The notes under the pieces were generated by a model, which was not told the origin of the DNA, ran no database searches, and saw nothing but the letters and a program-made list of their open reading frames with translations. 64,000 nucleotides of DNA from Eledone cirrhosa (lineage: Eukaryota). Where the stretch lies: NCBI GenBank assembly GCA_964016885.1, contig OZ024745.1:1178001-1242000 (forward strand), in the 5' to 3' direction. Both the position numbers and the translations under genes were made by a program. Numbering within the stretch: the first letter of the stretch is position 1; each line of letters opens with the position of its first letter. Below, one piece after another: positions 56,229-64,000 of the stretch.

Positions 56229-56965
56229 TAAAATATATTATGTATTATATATTAATGTATTATATATTAATGTATTATATATTAATGTATTATATATTAT
56301 GTATTATATATTATGTATTATATATTATGTTATATATTAATGTATTATATATTAATGTATTATATATTAATGTATTATATATTAATGTATTATATATTAT
56401 GTATTATATATTATGTATTATATATTATGTTATATATTAATGTATTATATATTAATGTATTATATATTAATGTATTATATATTAATGTATTATATATTAA
56501 TGTATTATATATTAATGTATTATATATTAATGTATTATATATTAATGTATTATATATTAATGTATTATATATTAATGTATTATATATTATGTGTTATATA
56601 TTAGTTATGTATTATATATTAATGTATTATATATTAATGTATTATATATTAATGTATTATATATTAATGTATTATATATTAATGTATTATATATTATGTG
56701 TTATATATTAGTTATGTATTATATATTAATGTATTATATATTAATGTATTATATATTAATGTATTATATATTAATGTATTATATATTAATGTATTATATA
56801 TTAATGTATTATATATTAATGTATTATATATTAATGTATTATATATTAATGTATTATATATTAATGTATTATATATTATGTGTTATATATTAGTTATGTA
56901 TTATATATTAATGTATTATATATTATGTGTTATATATTAGTTATGTATTATATATACTAGTTATG

Positions 56966-57925
56966 TCATCATCATCACCGTTTTACGTCCATTCTTCCAT
57001 GCTAGCATGGATTAGATGGGTTGTCCTGTTGCGGGCAGTGTCCGGTCGGCTGACCATGTCTTGCTCATATGGGAACTGATTCTGGCTTGATTTCTACAGC
57101 TGGATGCCCTTCCTAACACCAACCTCATTTACAGTGTGGGCTGGGCGCTTTTTTTCCATGGCGCCTACACGTCCACTTTACAGTGGGAGGGGGTGGGGCA
57201 TATTGTCTATATGCTTCAGCTTCAGCTTGTTCCCATGGGAGGTCGGGTACTCTGTATTACTGCGTGATGCCAGAGGTCACGGTCCTGCGTCATCGCCCTT
57301 GAGAGGTGTAATTGAGTAAGGTTGGCTTTTATCACCTCATCCCAGGTCTTCTTGGGTCCCCCCACTCCGCGGCTTCCATCGACTTCTAGTGCTCTGCACC
57401 TCTTTATGTAACTGTCATCCTTCATATGCATCACATGTCCATACCAATGCATCCTCCTCTCCTGCACACAGCATTTGATTCCTCTGATGCTCAGTCTCTC
57501 TCTCAATTCGTTTATGCTTTGCCATTCGCGTATATTACTATTACACATCCCTCACTGTAAATGAGGTTGGTGTTAGGAAGGGCATCCAGCTGTAGAAATC
57601 AAGCCAAATCAGTTCCTGTATGAGCAAGGCATGGTCAGCCGACCAGACACTGCCCACAACAGGACAACCCGTCTAACCCATGCTAGCGTGGAAGAACGGA
57701 CGTAAAATGGTGATGATGATGATGATAATGACATCCATCCGAGCATGCAAGCTTCGTTTCTTTCTAATCTGTCCAAGTCTTCTACACACAGCGCCCAGGT
57801 CTCACTTCCATGTAACGTTGTTGTTCGTATACACACATCATACAGTCGGCCTTTCATTTTGAGGGAAAAGCCTTTTGCAGCTAGCAGTGGCAGTAGCAGT
57901 AACTCCCTGAACTTCTTCCATCCAT
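56966..57925 (-). mobile_element. 5'-truncated RTE LINE (ORF C-terminus plus 3' UTR)
   Basis: KGRLYDVCIRTTTLHGSETW and RRMHWYGHVMHM...GGPKKTWDEV, followed by the cactgtaaa/ggtgttaggaaggg module and (ATG)n tail. Confidence 0.88.
57551..57730 (+). mobile_element. RTE-tail/SINE 3' fragment nested antisense in the RTE copy, TSD ACATCC
   Basis: acatcc at 57545-57550 and 57731-57736. Confidence 0.85.
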
Positions 57926-58034
57926 ATGTATTATATATTAGTTTTTATATATTATGTGTTATATATTATGTATTTCTTGTGTACATGTCTAAAATGATAC
58001 AATTACTTTCATACATATTTGTTTTCTTGTACAG

Positions 58035-58083
58035 AGGAACTGAGAGCTAACCAAGCAAATGGTGTGAATGCTGATACTTGCAA
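58035..58083 (+). CDS. Candidate 49-nt exon, EELRANQANGVNADTC (phase 1 to 2)
   Basis: tttgttttcttgtacag acceptor and CAA|gtatgt donor; phase-compatible with upstream candidates. Confidence 0.5.
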
Positions 58084-58191
58084 GTATGTTGTATCTTTCT
58101 TGAAATCTCTTCAATATTCTGTTGTCTGTGTAACACTTTGGAGATAGTAATTCCACTGTTGTTAGTTCAATTGTACTTAAATACTAATTTA

Positions 58192-58595
58192 TCATCTAAA
58201 ACAGAGAATGACTGTCTGTCTGACTCCCTAAAACTCGAGAACCACCCAACCGATTGTTTTCAAACTTTACACTGTGAGTGTTTTGAGCAAAATATATTTC
58301 AAATTTTCAATGCCCTAGGGACCGCACTAGGCGATTTAGCGATCTCTCTCTATAATTCTTAGTCTTTCTTTTTAGATAGATACATAGATATAACGTTGCA
58401 CCCTTATAATATCTGTCTGTATGTCTGGCTGTCTGCATTACGACATTATGACGCTGTGTGTGTGTGTGTGTATATATATAGTCGGTAACGTTTTTTGAAA
58501 TATTTACTTCTTTGTTCACAGATTTATTATTTTAGTTTCAGAAGATCCCGTTAAGGGTGAAATCACCGATTCTTTGCTTAAACTTTAATCTGTTA

Positions 58596-58625
<30 letters not shown>
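58192..58625 (+). mobile_element. 5' part of a Helitron-related element interrupted at its (TA)n tract
   Basis: 58536-58610 (tttcagaagatcccgttaa..ctttaatctgttattttaatatata) matches the reverse complement of 55400-55475 in the Helitron at 54444-55816; A|TC start; no CTAG end before the insertions. Confidence 0.6.
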
Positions 58626-58627
<2 letters not shown>

Positions 58628-58699
58628 CATTATGAAGAGAGAAGAAACATTTAGATATAATTAGTAATAAAATGTATCATACCTAAACTGCTCCTAAAT

Positions 58700-58789
58700 T
58701 CCTCGACTACGTAGTTTCGTGGCATAAACAAAAACAATATATCATAAAGACATAGAGTCCTTGCGAGGTCTGCCGACTTATCAAGAGGA
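58700..58789 (-). ncRNA. Type I hammerhead ribozyme, U3-A8 variant
   Basis: Exact reverse complement of 59442-59531. Confidence 0.8.
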
Positions 58790-59441
58790 TACCTCATTTT
58801 ACTAGTCTCAAGAACGCGTCTACACGACGTGAGAAAGAATCCCAAAAGGCGGAGGGGGAGATAGTCACGCGATATAATGGTCGAGAAACAGAGCTAAGCC
58901 TCTTATAACCCCGAAGAAAATACCACGGAGGCGGAGGGGGTATTTATATCGAGGCCGCAGTAGAGGTGGTGAAGAAGGCGAGAAGTATGAGTAATGGAAG
59001 CTTTCCAGCTGTCCCCACACTTCAAAGATTGCTCGACCAGAGGGAGTTATTAACAATATATTTAGAAACACACAGATACATGCGGACACACACATATATA
59101 CATGAATGCATCCGCACCCAACTGTGAGTTAAGGGTGCCAACTTCACCGATGTTGCTCAATGAATGACTGGGACAGACCAATTCAGTTGAACTAGACTGA
59201 ACCAGTATCAGAGTTAAAAATACATTATGAAGAGAGAAGAAACATTTAGATATAATTAGTAATAAAATGTATCATACCTCGATATAAATACCCCCTCCGC
59301 CTCCGTGGTATTTTCTTCGGGGTTATAAGAGGCTTAGCTCTGTTTCTCGACCGTTATATCGCGTGACTATCTCCCCCTCCGCCTTTTGGGATTCTTTCTC
59401 ACGTCGTGTAGACGCGTTCTTGAGACTAGTAAAATGAGGTA

Positions 59442-59531
59442 TCCTCTTGATAAGTCGGCAGACCTCGCAAGGACTCTATGTCTTTATGATATATTGTTTT
59501 TGTTTATGCCACGAAACTACGTAGTCGAGGA
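59442..59531 (+). ncRNA. Type I hammerhead ribozyme, U3-A8 variant
   Basis: Stem I tcctc/gagga; core TTGATAA; stem II gt(c)ggca/tgccac with long loop; GAAA; palindromic stem III actacgtagt; GTC cleavage triplet (cut after 59526). Confidence 0.8.
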
Positions 59532-59764
59532 ATTTAGGAGCAGTTTAGGTATGATACATTTTATTACTAATTATATCTAAATGTTTCTTCTCTCTTCATA
59601 ATGTATTTTTAACTCTGATACTGGTTCAGTCTAGTTCAACTGAATTGGTCTGTCCCAGTCATTCATTGAGCAACATCGGTGAAGTTGGCACCCTTAACTC
59701 ACAGTTGGGTGCGGATGCATTCATGTATATATGTGTGTGTCCGCATGTATCTGTGTGTTTCTAA

Positions 59765-59805
<41 letters not shown>

Positions 59806-60006
59806 TTAGTTATACTATTTATGGTTATGTAAACACAAAACCTTAAGCAGTTGTAAGTATTTTACACACACCCTAAATAGTGGTAGGCAGTATTGTATTA
59901 CTACCTTATTACCAGTAAGTTAAGTAGCTCAATGTAAAAACATCAGATGATTTACAGAGCAGTTATATGAAATATAAGAATCAAAGAACTGTTCAAAACA
60001 TTATTG

Positions 60007-60053
60007 TGCTTACAGCTGTTTCCTCCAAACCGAGGTTTGGATTCTTCGGAGCA
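60007..60053 (-). ncRNA. Minimal type I hammerhead ribozyme of the Penelope-like element
   Basis: Minus strand tgct-CCGAAGA-a-tccaaacc-tc-ggtttgga-g-GAAA-cagctg-TA-agca: stem I tgct/agca, stem II tccaaacc/ggtttgga, palindromic stem III acagctgt. Confidence 0.78.
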
Positions 60054-61496
60054 ATTTATTAATGCATGGCCAGTTATATGACCTCCTTTTCAGCCGAGAG
60101 ACATACCAATACATATTCAAACATTGATACATATTCAAACATTGTGGGTCAACATTCATTACAAAATTTAGAGTGGCAGTACACACTTCGAGATTACATT
60201 TATATTAATAGGTACAATCAAAAATCAAAGATATAGGTTAAAGTACAACATGAAGATAAGTGGTTATATAGTGCAAATGTTATATGTGTGGCACGCATGT
60301 GCGTCTTGTTTATATAGTGTGGCAGAGAGATATGTGTGGTAGAGGCACTTAGGTAGGTAAATAAGAGTGTTAGGTTGGTAGATCTGGTGGCAAAGTCTTT
60401 ATATGATTGATGTAGTCTGTGTGTGGAGAAATATTATAAGTATTAAAGATAGTGCAAGCATTAAAAGTGTTATAAGTATTGGAGATGCACAACGCAGGGA
60501 TGTCAAGTAATTCATGTACTTCGGCATTTTCATGGTCAAGGGAGTGTATATTTCGATTATATGCCTTTCACATAATCCACGACAATCCAGTTAGAGATCG
60601 TAGTCTGGTGTTCTTTAGTTCGATACAGGAGGTTGTTACGTTTCGAGAGACGCCATTGAATACCGGAAGTGTGTGTGTGGCTAAGGGGAGTTAATGCATG
60701 CGGGGAGGTAACTCTGGGGTTTCTATATCTAGCCATTAAAATGTGTCCCAATATGGACCCTAAATTCTATGGTGAGGTGCACCTTCCAAGAGAGACTTTT
60801 AAAGCATAAAGTGCACTAACTATAGAGTAGTTTAACTAAATTATGCTGAAGGTGATCATATTATTATTAAGGTGGATTAACCCATCTTAAGGTGCTACAA
60901 ATGGAAATTATAGATGATGAGCGAGGATTCTAAATTAATGATCTCTGTGGTTGTAGTCTGCTCATATGACCAGGCGCGGTGATTGCAGGATTGCTTCAGG
61001 ACCCAATGATCTCTGGTAAGATCTGGGTCATCGCTTGCTACATTGGATGTCGAAAGATAATCGTCCCCAGGCAGGCCAAAGGTCAATCCGCAGTCCTCGC
61101 GACCCCTCTCTGACCGTCAGATCATCCATATACGTACAACCCGCACGGCAGTTGCATTGCATTCACTCACTGCGCTCAGCAGCCCGGTCCTACTGGTCAA
61201 CAGCGCTACTCGATTAAATCATTTTACATCTGTCTAAGGAAGGTGTTTCCTCTGCCCAACACCATCCAACCGATCAATTCATGCTCAAATTACCCTTAGA
61301 GCGGTGTAGTGCCGTCCAGGTGGGTGGATGTTGTCACACCTGCCGTAGAGGTATAAATGGGTATTTTCCCTGCGAAGGGTTCCAGAGGGATGTCGTTGTT
61401 TGTGTTATAATGGATCAGCTAGTGTTGGGTATGTAGTATAGGGTGTGTCTCTGGTGTTTGATGCTAGATGTGGTGTTAGGTTCCAGTCCGACATTG

Positions 61497-63956
61497 CTAT
61501 ATATAGGGCTTAAAGTTTTGGAAGGAATGTCTGAGGCGGTGTTGGCAAGTTGCAAACACCTCAGATTTTTTGTTAAGTAGGTTACGGTTGGAGAAGATAA
61601 TATTGTGTGTCTCTAGTATACAGAGGTTACAGAATTTATTAGGTGGTTTGTACGAGGTCGCGCTGCCTATCACTTCCCATTTGAGTGTGTATGGTTTATT
61701 TTTAGATTTTAGATAGTGTATGTAGCTAGAAAGTGAGGTGGAGTTGGCTAGGCTGTGCTTTTTGAACGAGTGGATGTGCGAGTTATATCTAATTTTGAAG
61801 CAGTTAGAAGTGGAGCCTACATAGGTTTCTGAAGAGTTATTAGTCGTGACTGTGCATGAGTATATGACATCCTTGGTTAGGCATTTTTTATCTAAGGGGC
61901 AGGTTCTATTAGCTCTACAGTTACAATTATTCTGTGCGTTAGTCCGCTGGTTATAATGCAATGCGGAAGTCTGTGTGGTGGATATAGGATTTTGGGTGTT
62001 CAGGTTGACAACCCTGGTGTTATTACTTATACTAGTGTTATTTCTATTGTTACTGCCGTTGCTATTGTTGCTTGCTACAGTGGTATTTAGAGGGTTTGCA
62101 TCCCGTTGTGATTTTGTTTGTTGGAAGTAAGAACTAATTTTACTATTATTGCTGCTAGCTATGTGGTATGCTAAGTTAGGCGTCGTAGAGTATGAGATTT
62201 TAATGGTGTTTTTGTTTAAGAGGTTGTGGTACTTGTGTCCTAGAGGGAAGTTTTTATCTAGTAGTGAGAAGAAAGCCCTAGGTATGTTGGTGGAGACATT
62301 TAGGTTGAAAGGAGGGTTGAAAAATGTATTATTTCTTCTTCTATTTTTGCTTTTAGTGTTTGGTGTGTTGCTTCCTCCTAAGGCCTCCCAGTAGTTTCCA
62401 TGGTAATGGTTACTTCCGGTGGCACCCTCCGCTTTGGTGTACTTGTGGTTGCTATTCCTATTATTAGATTTCCTCATGGACATGTTGTGCGAGATGATGT
62501 TGTAGCTATGTGTTTTCTTAGGTAGGAACTCTATTTCTATATTATGGCCGGAGCTAGCTAATGCTTGATTGTAATATTGTGAGTTTTTGCTAAATATGTT
62601 TGCGTCATAGGACAGACTAGAGATTCTATTGGACACCCCCTTAGAGATAGAGTTTAATATTGATCTAGGGTGATTAGACTTGGTATCTACGTAAATAAGT
62701 TTCTCATTAGGCTTATGGAAAGGTGTATATATTTTTGAGTCTAGGTATAGTGTGGCGTCTAGGAAGTTAACATTTTTAGTGTTTTTGTCCATGGTGATAC
62801 TAAGGTTAAAGTTTTTGAATGTCTTATGCAGTTGTTTTCTAGTTCTTTCTATATTAAATTTTTTATATTCTATGAGTAGAAGTGCATCATCGCGGTACAA
62901 ACCACCGTTGAGGTAAGGGAGGTCTTTATGGATTTCATTGAGGAGGTATAGGCCGACCAAATCAGTGACCTGCGCCGAGTCACTAGATCCCATGGTTATG
63001 TCGAAGTTGTTGTGCGTATCCTTGCGTGTCCATAGTTGGTCCTCGAAGGTGATTATGGTTTTACGGGCCGCAAGGATGACATCAACCTGGGCTCTAGTCA
63101 GGTCGCTATTGGTCATGGCCATGATAAGTGCCTTATTTAATAGGATAGGGGAAATAGAGGTGTAGTATGAATTGATATCAAATTGAATAAATTTTTTGTT
63201 CTTATTATTCTTGATATCCTTAAACCATTCAATTACTTCACCCGTATTTCCCCATTGTTTAAGGTGTATCTTGTGTTTAATTTGTGGGATGATTTTATCC
63301 AAAATCTTCTTGCTGATAATACCAATGTCGGACTTGGAAGGGCAGATAAGTCTTATCGTGGGGTTGCTGATGAAGTTCTCCTTATGGTCCTTCAGAGAGA
63401 ATCTAGGGGGGTTCGGAGTGAAAGGTTGTGTATGCCTCTGTAGTCCTAGTTTAGACACTATATTATAACCCTCTACATTAATATCTTTTAAGTTTTTCAA
63501 GGTGGTTTTTTTGTAGCTTTTATGTAGTTCATTATATATAAACTTTCTATAAGTAATATAATCTAGGCTGTATATGTTATTAGTTTTATCTGCGTGTACA
63601 ATAATTTTATTACTAGTTTTGAATCCACTAATAGAAGTGTTAAGTTTGTTTAAGAAGGTGTTGCTTCTAATATGGTGCTTATTGTATTTAATGTTCTTAA
63701 CTAGTTTAACTAGGTCATTTTCAAAGGAGTTAAGTAGAGTGTTATGAGGGGGGCTTTTAAAGGTTTTAAAGCCGAAGGAGTCAAAATTGTTAGTATTATT
63801 CAAGTTGTTAGATTTGTTTCTATCATAATGGAATGTCCTCCATCTCACTCTATTGATAAATGAATTAACACTGTTGATCAGCAATTTCTCATATGTATTC
63901 CTGGATGGTATTGGTATGTTCTTGGTTGACATGGGGAGTTGGTCTTTGATTAGCAT
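61497..63956 (-). CDS. Penelope-like (Naiad-type) reverse transcriptase with C-terminal GIY-YIG endonuclease, 819 aa
   Basis: N-terminal STKNIPIP; ADKT; RT motifs FDINSYYTSI, TMGS, YRDD, NFLD; thumb SNHP; FNPPF; CNC-x5-CPL-x3-C; VIY..YVG..FKIRYNSH..CNLCILE..LLNKKSE..CQH; no stops or frameshifts. Confidence 0.95.
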   Translation of the reverse strand: MLIKDQLPMSTKNIPIPSRNTYEKLLINSVNSFINRVRWRTFHYDRNKSNNLNNTNNFDSFGFKTFKSPPHNTLLNSFENDLVKLVKNIKYNKHHIRSNTFLNKLNTSISGFKTSNKIIVHADKTNNIYSLDYITYRKFIYNELHKSYKKTTLKNLKDINVEGYNIVSKLGLQRHTQPFTPNPPRFSLKDHKENFISNPTIRLICPSKSDIGIISKKILDKIIPQIKHKIHLKQWGNTGEVIEWFKDIKNNKNKKFIQFDINSYYTSISPILLNKALIMAMTNSDLTRAQVDVILAARKTIITFEDQLWTRKDTHNNFDITMGSSDSAQVTDLVGLYLLNEIHKDLPYLNGGLYRDDALLLIEYKKFNIERTRKQLHKTFKNFNLSITMDKNTKNVNFLDATLYLDSKIYTPFHKPNEKLIYVDTKSNHPRSILNSISKGVSNRISSLSYDANIFSKNSQYYNQALASSGHNIEIEFLPKKTHSYNIISHNMSMRKSNNRNSNHKYTKAEGATGSNHYHGNYWEALGGSNTPNTKSKNRRRNNTFFNPPFNLNVSTNIPRAFFSLLDKNFPLGHKYHNLLNKNTIKISYSTTPNLAYHIASSNNSKISSYFQQTKSQRDANPLNTTVASNNSNGSNNRNNTSISNNTRVVNLNTQNPISTTQTSALHYNQRTNAQNNCNCRANRTCPLDKKCLTKDVIYSCTVTTNNSSETYVGSTSNCFKIRYNSHIHSFKKHSLANSTSLSSYIHYLKSKNKPYTLKWEVIGSATSYKPPNKFCNLCILETHNIIFSNRNLLNKKSEVFATCQHRLRHSFQNFKPYI

Positions 63957-64000
63957 ATTGGCAATATTATATGTCAGCTCAACGATATGGAGCAGTTAAT

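Larger units (their letters stand above)
54388..56958. repeat. AT-rich 15-bp minisatellite (AATGTATTATATATT)n interrupted by a Helitron and a SINE
   Basis: Direct inspection; source of the MYYIL/LYINV pseudo-ORFs. Confidence 0.93.
58626..59771. mobile_element. Non-coding hammerhead-bearing retroelement (retrozyme-like or solo Penelope pseudo-LTR): 595-nt unit plus head-to-head inverted, permuted copy
   Basis: 59-bp direct repeat 58626-58684 = 59221-59279; 59277-59605 = rc(58626-58954) and continues as 59606-59771 = rc(59055-59220); (TA)n on both sides. Confidence 0.85.
59802..64000 (-). mobile_element. Penelope-like retroelement, Naiad-type (5' end beyond the window)
   Basis: Intact RT-GIY-YIG ORF, ~1.7-kb 3' region containing a hammerhead, ends at a (TA)n microsatellite. 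Confidence 0.88.

Noticed and set aside
55877-56940. MYYIL/LYINV repeat ORFs
   Set aside because: Translations of a 15-bp AT-rich minisatellite.
58880-58950. Possible extra hammerhead on the + strand (GAAA...CCGAAGA)
   Set aside because: The stems cannot be closed in a valid hammerhead topology.
60985-61035. SECIS element in the Naiad 3' region (AUGA-starting hairpin on the minus strand)
   Set aside because: There is no apical AA or properly placed GA quartet, and the ORF has no in-frame UGA.
62149-63468. + strand ORFs overlapping the Naiad ORF
   Set aside because: Short antisense shadows of the RT ORF with no recognisable motifs.

Overview
Eukaryotic, AT-rich, repeat-dominated genomic DNA. 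The SINE and RTE-tail repertoire looks like an octopod cephalopod, but that is an inference from motif recognition, not a database result. About 30 kb is two satellite arrays: a 32-bp unit at 1-18249 and a 24-bp unit at 38616-50188, both with higher-order structure. Their long ORFs are artefacts. The rest looks like intronic sequence of a + strand gene with a few tiny phase-compatible candidate exons. It is filled with tRNA-derived SINEs, RTE LINE fragments, three Tx1/L1-type LINE copies in TC/TCTA-rich microsatellites, three complete non-autonomous Helitrons plus a partial one, a foldback/MITE element and several minisatellites. The most notable region is 58.2-64 kb. It holds an intact Naiad-type Penelope-like retroelement (819-aa RT + GIY-YIG ORF, - strand) with a minimal type I hammerhead ribozyme in its 3' region. 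Next to it is a non-coding, circularly permuted 595-nt unit present in head-to-head inverted copies, each with a variant (U3-A8) type I hammerhead. This unit is retrozyme-like or a solo pseudo-LTR. Both elements appear nested in the (TA)n tract of a Helitron-related element.
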